A DNA stretch of 37,318 bases from Thermoplasmatota archaeon (GTDB lineage: Archaea; Thermoplasmatota; E2; JACPAO01; JAHFTW01). Location: contig JBHELM010000228.1 in assembly GCA_046352715.1 (NCBI GenBank), forward strand, positions 1 through 37,318, written 5' to 3'. The notes below the pieces were generated by a model. That model was not told the DNA's origin. It saw only the letters and a program-made list of their open reading frames with translations, and made no database searches. The position numbers and the translations under genes are program-made. The first letter of the stretch is position 1, and each line of letters starts with the position of its first letter. Of the stretch, positions 7,232 through 15,189 are shown one piece after another.

Positions 7232-8389
7232 ATGCAGAGCGGAGCGACTCCGACCGATGCGGTGACGGAGCGCAGGCTCACGCGCGTCAGCCTCCTCGTG
7301 CCGCAAGCGCCCTGGCCCGACATGGCCCTCGGCGCCGAAGCCGACGGCGAGCGCGTGTTCCCTGCCGTCATCATCCGCGAAGGCGTGTATGTTCCCGGCA
7401 TCGGCAACCCCAACGGCGAGCGGTTCTTCCTCTCGAAGGAGTTCCTCGCCAAGGTCGCGCCCAGCGGCGAAGGGAAGCGCGTGGACCTCGACCACTCGGA
7501 CAAGCCCGAGGACGAGGTTGGCGTCATGCGCCAGGTCGGCATGGAGGAGGCCGCGATGCGCGCGAACCTGCACCTCCAAGCGAACCGCCCCCGCTTCGCT
7601 GACGCCATCTCGTTCGTGGAGGGCCGCCTGAAGGCGAAGCGCGTCCCGAACGTCAGCATCGAACTGGAGAACATCGTCACCCGTCCCGCCAAGACGCCCG
7701 AGGAGAAGGCCGCGTGGGACCACGCCGCCATCGACGCCACGATGGAGGGCGTCGCCATCCTCCCGCTCGGCGCCTGCTCGGACAAGGCCGGGTGCGGCAT
7801 CGGCCTCGCCGCGAAGCAGGCCGGATTCACAGTCCTCGCCCTCCAGGGCGGCGACAACAGGAAGGACAAGCCCATGTGCAACGACCCCAACATGGTCGTG
7901 TCCCTCCAGGCCGAGAAGAAGGCCCTGGAGGACCGACTCAAGGAGAAGGAGACCGCCCTCGCCGAGGCGAAGGCGCAGACCACCACGCTCACCAACGAGC
8001 GCGACACGCTCAAGGCCACCGCCGCCGAGCGCGAGAAGCAGGACATCGAGGACCTGACCGAGGCCGTCAAGGACGCCCTGCCGCAGGGCACCGAACTCGC
8101 CACCGTCGTCGGCGACAAGCCCACGGTCGCGTCCCTCACGGTGGCCCTCAAGGCGCTCACCATCGCCAAGCCCGCCCCCAGCGGCGGCGACGGCAAGCCC
8201 GCCGTCCGCCTCGGCGGACGCACCACCGCCCCGTCCACCCGCAGCGATGCGCCCTCGGGCGCCGACCGCGACGCCCGCGTGAAGGCCCTGCGCCTCAAGC
8301 ACGGCCTCCCGGAGAAGTCCAACCTCCCCCCGTCCATGCGGCGGAACTCGGAGGCCCGCCTCCTCGCCCAGGCGGAGGACGCCGAGTAG
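7232..8389 (+). CDS. Prohead protease / scaffolding-like protein with a coiled-coil C-terminal half
   Basis: 385 aa immediately upstream of the major capsid gene. The N-half contains VDLDHSDKPEDEVG. The C-half is a Lys/Glu/Ala-rich heptad-like segment (LQAEKKALEDRLKEKETALAEAKAQ). Confidence 0.5.
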   Translation: MQSGATPTDAVTERRLTRVSLLVPQAPWPDMALGAEADGERVFPAVIIREGVYVPGIGNPNGERFFLSKEFLAKVAPSGEGKRVDLDHSDKPEDEVGVMRQVGMEEAAMRANLHLQANRPRFADAISFVEGRLKAKRVPNVSIELENIVTRPAKTPEEKAAWDHAAIDATMEGVAILPLGACSDKAGCGIGLAAKQAGFTVLALQGGDNRKDKPMCNDPNMVVSLQAEKKALEDRLKEKETALAEAKAQTTTLTNERDTLKATAAEREKQDIEDLTEAVKDALPQGTELATVVGDKPTVASLTVALKALTIAKPAPSGGDGKPAVRLGGRTTAPSTRSDAPSGADRDARVKALRLKHGLPEKSNLPPSMRRNSEARLLAQAEDAE

Positions 8390-8423
8390 GGGCGGACCCC
8401 CTACACCTGACAGGAGGCAAGAC

Positions 8424-9305
8424 ATGACCAACACGCGCACCATCCTCGGCCTCGCCGCCACGGCGACCGGGGATGTGACCGACCTCATCCCGGCGGACAC
8501 CTACTCCGACCGGGTGCTGGAGACCCTCTACGCCGCCCGCAAGTTCGCAGGCATCATCTCGGCCGTCAAGGAGGACCTGACGGCCAAGGCGGGCGACACC
8601 GTGCAGGTGCCCTACATGAACCCCCGCACGGCGCAGGGACCCATCGGGCAGGGCACCGCTCTCGTCGCCAACGCGACCACGACCGGCACCTACCCCATGA
8701 CGCTCGCCAAGTTCGGCGACTACGACCTCGTGAACCGCGAGGTGTTCGAGGACCAGACCATCTTCACGCAGGAGGACTTCATCAACAACATGGGGTCCGC
8801 CCTCGGCGTCAAGGTGGACGACCTCAACTTCACGGCGCTGGAGACCGCCGTGGCCGCGTCGAGCGAGACCCTCGCCGTCGCGGGCACCCTGACCGACCTC
8901 TACGACCAGGTGGTCGAGTTGAAGGCCAAGATGAAGAAGCTGAACGTGGTCCCCACCCACCTCATCGTCGGCCCCGACCAGGAGGCGCAGTTCCTCAAGG
9001 ACACCAACCAGGGCATCCGCGAGATGCAGACGAAGGTGAACGAGAACGGCGACCTGCTGAAGGTCGCGGGCCTGGAGTGCATCGTGTCCTCGCTCGCCAA
9101 TGCGAACGCCTCGACGGCGAGCATGGTGCAGGCCATCGTCATCGACGCCAACCGCGCGCTCGGCGAGGCGTGGGGCCGCCGCCCCGACACCACCGTGGAC
9201 GCGGTGAGCAAGGCGGAGTCGGACCAGGTGAAGCTCGTCACCTGGATTCGCTACACCTGCGCCGCGCTCGACCTCAAGGCCATCGGGCACATCAAGAACC
9301 CGTAG
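8424..9305 (+). CDS. Major capsid protein
   Basis: 293 aa. AGGAGG sits 6 nt upstream of the ATG. It follows the scaffold/protease gene, and its composition and size are typical of HK97-fold capsid proteins. Confidence 0.75.
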   Translation: MTNTRTILGLAATATGDVTDLIPADTYSDRVLETLYAARKFAGIISAVKEDLTAKAGDTVQVPYMNPRTAQGPIGQGTALVANATTTGTYPMTLAKFGDYDLVNREVFEDQTIFTQEDFINNMGSALGVKVDDLNFTALETAVAASSETLAVAGTLTDLYDQVVELKAKMKKLNVVPTHLIVGPDQEAQFLKDTNQGIREMQTKVNENGDLLKVAGLECIVSSLANANASTASMVQAIVIDANRALGEAWGRRPDTTVDAVSKAESDQVKLVTWIRYTCAALDLKAIGHIKNP

Positions 9306-9371
9306 GCCCACCAGGTCCTCCTCCTCCTCCTCCCTTTTTCTACCCCTTCGATTTTCCACGGCACGGTCATC

Positions 9372-9764
9372 ATGTCCGAGACCCCTGCCGCCGCGCCTGC
9401 GGTGCCGCCTGCCCCCGCCCCGAGCGGGCGCGCGACCACCACGCAGGACATCAAGGGCCGCCCGGCCCCACCCGCGCCGCAGGCCAAGACCACCCCGAGC
9501 AACGCCAACGAGGCCAAGTTCGGCCGCAAGACCCCCGCCGTCCGCGTCACCTACCTCGGCCCCCAGGAGCCGGTCGTCACCGTCGGCAACCCCCCGATGC
9601 GGTGGCAGAAGGGCGTCCAGACCCGCGAGACCCGCGAGTTCTGGGACGCCGCCGAGGGCCTCCAGTTCGATGGCCTCAAGTTCGGCGACCTCGCCCCACC
9701 CATCTACAAGGAGGACGACCCGCGCAACCTGCGCCCCGCCTTCAAGGTCGAGCGCCTCCCGTAG
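9372..9764 (+). CDS. Hypothetical structural-module protein (Pro/Ala-rich N-terminus), possible head accessory protein
   Basis: 130-aa ORF with strong codon bias, directly after the capsid gene. Confidence 0.6.
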   Translation: MSETPAAAPAVPPAPAPSGRATTTQDIKGRPAPPAPQAKTTPSNANEAKFGRKTPAVRVTYLGPQEPVVTVGNPPMRWQKGVQTRETREFWDAAEGLQFDGLKFGDLAPPIYKEDDPRNLRPAFKVERLP

Positions 9765-9810
9765 GCGGACCTCGGCACCCTTTTCCCTTCCCTCCAACCT
9801 CCGGGTCCTC

Positions 9811-10530
9811 GTGTCCGGCGAGTCCTTCGTTTCTTGGACCCAGACAGCCATCACCACGCCGGACGAAATCCGCAAGATGACCGGCCTCAAGCAAGAGACC
9901 GACATCCCATCGGCGGACCTGACCGCGCTCATCTCGAAGGCGCAGGTCCTCGTCACGCAGGAACTCTCCGAGCGCATCCACGACGTAGCCCTGTGGGGCG
10001 GCATCGACGGCGCAAACACCCGTTTCGCCCTGCCCGCCCGCTTCACCGGCCGCGTCCTGCTCGATGTCCTGAACACGCAGGACGAGAAGGCGGGCATCCA
10101 GGTCCACCTCCGCCGCATCACCGCGACGGGGCCGCCGACCTACGACGCCGCCACCGTGTCGAGCGTCGATGCGCTGCACGGCCAGGTCGTCCTCTCCGCC
10201 GCGCCCGACCCGTCCATCTACGACTCCGTGCGCTTCACCGGCTTCCTCGTGCGCGCCGCCGTCACCAAACAGCGGTTCATGGCCTGCGTGGAGTTCTACG
10301 CCGCGCACCTCGCCCTGACGCGCGCCCGTGGCCCCGGCCGCGTCGTGCCCTCCAACCCGAACGCCACGAGCGACAAGGGCGGGGAGACCATGTTCTCCAC
10401 GGGCACGTTCCTGAAGCTCTACGAGAAGGAACTCCGGGGCCTGCGGAACGTGCGCGGCGGCGTCGCTGCGACGCGCGCCGACCGGCCCGACCGCACCGGC
10501 TACGTCCCAGCAGAGGCCGACTGGTCTTGA
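9811..10530 (+). CDS. Head-tail connector (gp6-like) protein
   Basis: GTG 9811. The N-terminus TTPDEIRKMTGLKQETDIPSADLTALISKAQVLV resembles gp6-like connector starts. The gene position fits. Confidence 0.45.
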   Translation: MSGESFVSWTQTAITTPDEIRKMTGLKQETDIPSADLTALISKAQVLVTQELSERIHDVALWGGIDGANTRFALPARFTGRVLLDVLNTQDEKAGIQVHLRRITATGPPTYDAATVSSVDALHGQVVLSAAPDPSIYDSVRFTGFLVRAAVTKQRFMACVEFYAAHLALTRARGPGRVVPSNPNATSDKGGETMFSTGTFLKLYEKELRGLRNVRGGVAATRADRPDRTGYVPAEADWS

Positions 10531-11024
10531 CGCTCGACATCACCGCCCCGCTCGGCGACCTGTTGGATGGCTTCCAGGCGGTCACGGCCGAGCGGACGCA
10601 GACATTCCGGTTCGTGGAGTGGGGCAAGCACTACTCGCAGCGCGTGTTCAGCGAGCGCGTCGGCGCGGGCGAGGGGATGTTCACCATCCGCGAGGTCTCC
10701 AACCCGACCAGGAACGCCGACATGGGAGGCGGCGCGGCGCTCAACGTGCAACAGGTCGATGTCATGGTGTGGTTCAGCGACGGCGACGACCTCTCCGCCA
10801 CAGGCGTCAGCCCGACGGCCATGAGCCGCTTCCGCACCGCCATCGTGGCCGCCGCGACCGCGCGCATCCGGGCGAACGAGAAGGCCGTCACCGGCTCCAG
10901 GTTCACGCAGGTCGTGAACGTCCTGCGGAACGCCGACACCCTCGTCGGCGCCTCCGACCTCGCGACCCTCAACGCCCTCGTCATCCTCACCGTGCAGGGC
11001 GAGGGCGACTCCGTGTATGCCTAG
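10527..11024 (+). CDS. Hypothetical head-tail joining protein
   Basis: TTG 10527 overlaps the upstream stop as TTGA. 165 aa. It lies between the connector gene and the major tail gene. Confidence 0.5.
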   Translation: MTLDITAPLGDLLDGFQAVTAERTQTFRFVEWGKHYSQRVFSERVGAGEGMFTIREVSNPTRNADMGGGAALNVQQVDVMVWFSDGDDLSATGVSPTAMSRFRTAIVAAATARIRANEKAVTGSRFTQVVNVLRNADTLVGASDLATLNALVILTVQGEGDSVYA

Positions 11025-11030
11025 CCGCGC

Positions 11031-11052
11031 CGACTCGATGACCTCTTAAGCC
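11031..11052 (+). promoter_or_regulatory. Conserved 22-nt intergenic motif, copy A (CGACTCGATG-N5-TTAAGCC) with a 3-codon mini-ORF
   Basis: CGACTCGATGacctcTTAAGCC. The mini-ORF is ATG 11038 ... TAA 11047-11049. A second copy lies at 19413..19434. Confidence 0.4.
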
Positions 11053-11082
11053 GCCGCGTCGGTGTGCGCGTCGGGAGCCCTC

Positions 11083-11979
11083 ATGTCGTCCACGCCTGGC
11101 AAGGATGCAGTTGTCCGTTGGGTCCAGGAGACCGTGGCGGGCACCACGCCCGCCAACCCGGCGCTCAAGTTGTTCTCGAAGGAGACCCTGAAGTGCAGCC
11201 TCAAGTTGGACATCGGCCAACAGGAGAGCATGGACATCGGCAACGTGGACGTTGAGGACCTGTTCAGCGTCCAGAACGACTACGACATCGTGGTCGAGTG
11301 CCACCTCTGCGATGTGGACCGCATCCTCGACTTCGTGGACCGCGCCGCCAACAACACCCTCAACCCCTACACGCTGGAATACATCCCGGACGTTTCCGCC
11401 GCGACGAAGCACTACTACCGTTGCACCGGCTGGGTCCTGAAGGCCCTTGACCTCAAGGTCGGCGAGAACGCCCCGTGGGTCGCCACGCTGACGTTCGAGT
11501 GCGGCGTCATCGCCGCCCCCGTCACCGTGGACCCCGGCATCGGCATCGGTTCCAGAGAGGCCAAGAGCGCCATCGTGGACACCATCAAGCACTTCGCCAG
11601 CGGCGCGGTCACGATGGACGCCGCCGCGTGGGCCATCCTCGTCGGCGGCTTGAGCGTCAAGTTCGAGAACGATGTGGGCGTGAAGCGCACGATGGGCCAG
11701 AAGGACCCTGTGAACACGCTCACACAGTCGGCGACCCGCCGCATCTCGGGCAGCGTGGACCTCTCGCTGGACGACGGCGCCAAGGCGCAATGGGACCGCG
11801 TGGTCGCCGCCGCCGCGCACACCATCGCCATCCCCTTCGGCGGGACCGGCCAGCAACTCCTGACCCTCACGGGGGTCAGCTTCCCCAGCATCGAGGTCGA
11901 GTCCAACACGGACGACGATGTGCTGATGGGGTCGCAGGACTTCACGGCCACCGGCTACACGCGCGGCCTCGTCCCGTAG
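11083..11979 (+). CDS. Major tail (tube) protein
   Basis: 298 aa from ATG 11083, with GGGAG 6 nt upstream. It lies immediately upstream of the chaperone/frameshift pair and the tape measure gene. Confidence 0.6.
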   Translation: MSSTPGKDAVVRWVQETVAGTTPANPALKLFSKETLKCSLKLDIGQQESMDIGNVDVEDLFSVQNDYDIVVECHLCDVDRILDFVDRAANNTLNPYTLEYIPDVSAATKHYYRCTGWVLKALDLKVGENAPWVATLTFECGVIAAPVTVDPGIGIGSREAKSAIVDTIKHFASGAVTMDAAAWAILVGGLSVKFENDVGVKRTMGQKDPVNTLTQSATRRISGSVDLSLDDGAKAQWDRVVAAAAHTIAIPFGGTGQQLLTLTGVSFPSIEVESNTDDDVLMGSQDFTATGYTRGLVP

Positions 11980-12006
11980 GGGCAGGACAACCAAGGGGCT
12001 ACACAC

Positions 12007-12405
12007 ATGGAGACCTTCCAGTTCGAGTGGATGAACGGCGGCCAAGCGTTCGACTTCAGCGCCGCGCGCCTGTCCCTCCACGCCTACCGCTTGGCGCTCG
12101 CCGCCAAGGCGCACACGCTCATCGAGGCCACGAAGGGCCTGACCAATGCCACCGTGCAGGAGGTCAAGGAGGAGGTCCTCGCCGAGGCCCGCCGCGCCGC
12201 CCTCATGGAGCAGATGAACGTCCTCGTGTTCGACGCCCTGTGCCAAGTGGACAAGAAGGTCGAGGCACTCGGCCTGTCCAAGGTCATCGCGCTCCTCGGG
12301 AGGGACGACTTCCTGGCCGTCAGCCGGGCCGTCGGCAAGGGCCTCAAGACGAAGGCCGAGCCGGGCGAGGTCGCCGACCCAAACGTGGACTCGCTGCCGA
12401 AGTAA
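12007..12405 (+). CDS. Tail assembly chaperone (gpG-like)
   Basis: 132 aa directly upstream of the tape measure gene. A slippery heptamer lies near its 3' end. Confidence 0.7.
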   Translation: METFQFEWMNGGQAFDFSAARLSLHAYRLALAAKAHTLIEATKGLTNATVQEVKEEVLAEARRAALMEQMNVLVFDALCQVDKKVEALGLSKVIALLGRDDFLAVSRAVGKGLKTKAEPGEVADPNVDSLPK

Positions 12406-12638
12406 GCCGCCTCCAGACGCAGGCGGCTCGCTTCGCGGCGGTCCTCGGGCTCACCGTCGAGGCGGTGTGGCACACGCCTATCCTGGAACTGGAACTCATG
12501 GTCGCGGAGAAGGCGCGCTTAAACGGCAAGTCCTTCCGCCGCAACCTGCTCCCGCACGAACAGGAGACCAAGGAGCAGGGGCAAGCGTTCGCCCGGCGCC
12601 TTGAAGCCTCCGGGAGGGCAAGCCGTGGCGCAGATTGA
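12007..12638 (+). CDS. Tail assembly chaperone, -1 frameshift product (gpGT-like)
   Basis: After CCCAAAC the -1 frame stays open and protein-like (PKRGLAAEVSRLQTQAARFAAVLGLTVEAVWHTPILELELMV...) up to TGA 12636-12638. Confidence 0.6.
12378..12384 (+). promoter_or_regulatory. -1 programmed frameshift slippery heptamer C_CCA_AAC
   Basis: Perfect X_XXY_YYZ in the zero frame of 12007..12405. A hairpin 12405-12412 / 12421-12428 lies downstream. Confidence 0.65.
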
Positions 12639-15189
12639 CGAACTCCTCATCCGCATCAAGGGCGACATCTCCGAGTTGGAGAGCGCCCTGGAGGACGCGG
12701 ACGGGGAGATGTCGTCGTTCGGCGACAAGATGACCGCCATCGGGGGCGCTGTGGGGAAGGGATTGCTCGTGGCGGGCACGGCCGCCGCCGCGCTCGGGGC
12801 CGCCTCGGTCGTGGCCGCCTCGGACTTCGAGACCTCGATGGTCGCCGTCCGGCAGGATGTGAACGGGACCGCCGACGAGATGGCGGACCTGGAGCGCAGC
12901 ATCCGCGACATGGGCGCCAGCGGCCCCGTCGCCGCGAGCGACCTGGCGGGGGTCGCCGCGCGCCTGGGCGAGGTGGCGGGCATCGGCGCGGCCCAGATGC
13001 CGTTTGCGACGGACGCCGTGGTGAAGTTCAGCCAGGCCACCGGCACCGACCTCGCGCAGGCCACGGAGGTCATGGCGCAGTTCGTCCGCACCACCGGCCT
13101 CGCGCCCGAGGAACTGGACAACCTGGGGTCTGCCGCCGTCGCCTTGTCCAGCCAGTTCAAGGCGCCCGAGGCCGACCTGCTCGCCTTCGCGGAGCGGCTC
13201 GGCCCGGTCGGCAAGGAACTCGGCGTCACGCAGGACGCGCTCCTTGCCTTCGGCGCGACGTTCGTGGGCGCGGGCGTGGACGCAGGCAGGGGCGCCAACG
13301 CCGTCAAGGACATCCTGCTCGACATGGACGCCGCCGTGTCGGCCAGCGTGGACGGCGCCGCCGCCTTCGCGCAGGCGCAGCAGGCCATCGCCACCGCCAC
13401 GCTGGGGGTCTCTGCCGCCCAGGCCAAGGTCACGGAGGCTGAGAAGGCGCTTGCCGCCGCCCGCAAGACGAAGAACGAGGCCGCCATCGAGGCCGCCGAG
13501 GTGAGCCTGAAGGCGGCCAAGGCCGAGGAGAGCGCGCAGGAGGTCGCGCTCAAGACGGCGAACAAGGCGGCCGACACCGCCGTCAACGCGCAGCAGCGGC
13601 TCGAAGCGTTCGCCGCTGCGGCGGGCATGAGCGCCGAGGAGTTCAAGGTCGCGTTCCAGCAGGACGCCACGAGCGCCCTGGCCGAGTTCCTGTCCGGGCT
13701 CCAGCAGACGCAGCAGGCGGGCGGCGATGTGACCGCCCTGCTCAAGGGCATCGGCATCGAGGGCGGCGCCTCGGCGGACGCCCTGCTGCGCGTGGCCGGG
13801 TCCACGAACGCCGTGGCCGACGCGCTCGCCGTCAGCGAGTCGGCGTGGTCGGACAACAAGGCGCTCGCGGAGAACGCGGCCATTGCGACCGAGACCTTCG
13901 GCGCCAAGATGGCGACGCTGAAGAACCAGGTCATCGAGGTCGGCATCACCATCGGCCAAGCCATCCTCCCAGCCGTCGAGAAACTCGTCGGCGGCTTGGC
14001 GCCCCTGCTCACCTCGCTCGCGCCCGTGGTGCAGGACCTCGCGGGCATCATCGCGGGTGCGCTCGCCGACCTGCTGCCCATCTTGCAGCCGGTCCTTGAG
14101 GCGCTCGTCGGCCTCATCAAGGAACTCATCCCGCCGCTGAAGCAGGTCCTCGGGCCGGTCATGGAAATCGCCAAGACCATCGCGTCGAACTTGACGCCCG
14201 TGATTCAGGCGCTCACCCCCATCCTCGCCGCCCTCTGGAAGGTGCAGGCGGACCTCCTCGCCCCCATCCTGGAGGCGGTGAACCAGTTGCTCGCCGGGCT
14301 GCTGCCGGTCTTGGCCGACATCCTGGTCGCCGTCGCGCCGCTCATCCAGGTCGTCCTCGACCTCGTGCTGACGGCGCTCCAGCCGCTCCTCGACCTGCTC
14401 GGGCCGCTCATCGAGGCGCTCATGCCGGTCATCGTGACAATCGGGGAAATCGTCGCCATCGTCGCCGAGGGCTTGACGCCCGTGCTGCGCGTCCTCCAAC
14501 CAATCTTGGAGGTCGTGGGTGCCATCGTTAAGGCTGTCCTCACGCCGGTCATCCGGGCGTTCGGGACGGTCCTCCAGTTCATCGTCGGCATTATCCGCGA
14601 TGAACTCGCCGTCGAGTTCCAGTTCCTCGGCAAGGCCGCCGAGGTCGTCATGGCGGCATGGGAGCCGCTGAGGCGGTTCTTCGAGGACCTGTGGACCGGA
14701 ATCCAGTTGGCCTTCACGGTCGCCGCCGCCGCCATCGGCGGAGCGTGGGACGGCCTCGTGGGCGGCATTAAGGCCGCCATCAACCTCGTCATCTCCGGCA
14801 TCAACTGGCTAATCGGCGGATTGAACTCGCTCATCGACGGCATCAACACAATCGCCGAGAACGCCGCCGACCTCGGCGGTCTCATCGACGTTGTGGACGT
14901 TCCGAACATCCCGCACGTTCCCACCATCCCGCACCTCGACGTTGGCGGCCAGGTCCTCCGCGATGGCCTCGCCGTGCTGCACGAAGGAGAAATCGTCGTG
15001 CCCGCTGCCCAGGTGAACTCACCGTTTGCGCCAGGAATGGGCGGAGGCGGCGGGAACACGTTCGTCTTTGGCCCCGGCTCGGTCGTCGTGCCCGTGCAGG
15101 AACTCGGCCCCGACTTCGACGCCGACCGCACCGGCTCCGCACTCATGGAGGCCATGCAGCGGGCCGCCCGGAGCGTGGCCGCCGCATGA
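12625..15189 (+). CDS. Tail tape measure protein
   Basis: About 854 aa and Ala/Leu-rich. The core AASDFETSMVAVRQDVNGTADEMADLERSIRDMG resembles TP901-type tape measure proteins. GGGAGGG sits 6 nt before GTG 12625; the track start TTG 12601 is the alternative. Confidence 0.85.
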   Translation: MAQIDELLIRIKGDISELESALEDADGEMSSFGDKMTAIGGAVGKGLLVAGTAAAALGAASVVAASDFETSMVAVRQDVNGTADEMADLERSIRDMGASGPVAASDLAGVAARLGEVAGIGAAQMPFATDAVVKFSQATGTDLAQATEVMAQFVRTTGLAPEELDNLGSAAVALSSQFKAPEADLLAFAERLGPVGKELGVTQDALLAFGATFVGAGVDAGRGANAVKDILLDMDAAVSASVDGAAAFAQAQQAIATATLGVSAAQAKVTEAEKALAAARKTKNEAAIEAAEVSLKAAKAEESAQEVALKTANKAADTAVNAQQRLEAFAAAAGMSAEEFKVAFQQDATSALAEFLSGLQQTQQAGGDVTALLKGIGIEGGASADALLRVAGSTNAVADALAVSESAWSDNKALAENAAIATETFGAKMATLKNQVIEVGITIGQAILPAVEKLVGGLAPLLTSLAPVVQDLAGIIAGALADLLPILQPVLEALVGLIKELIPPLKQVLGPVMEIAKTIASNLTPVIQALTPILAALWKVQADLLAPILEAVNQLLAGLLPVLADILVAVAPLIQVVLDLVLTALQPLLDLLGPLIEALMPVIVTIGEIVAIVAEGLTPVLRVLQPILEVVGAIVKAVLTPVIRAFGTVLQFIVGIIRDELAVEFQFLGKAAEVVMAAWEPLRRFFEDLWTGIQLAFTVAAAAIGGAWDGLVGGIKAAINLVISGINWLIGGLNSLIDGINTIAENAADLGGLIDVVDVPNIPHVPTIPHLDVGGQVLRDGLAVLHEGEIVVPAAQVNSPFAPGMGGGGGNTFVFGPGSVVVPVQELGPDFDADRTGSALMEAMQRAARSVAAA

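Noticed and set aside
12601-12624. TTG 12601 as the tape measure start (ORF track)
   Set aside because: GTG 12625 has GGGAGGG at ideal spacing and leaves a shorter overlap with the frameshifted chaperone product. The difference is only 8 codons and remains unresolved.
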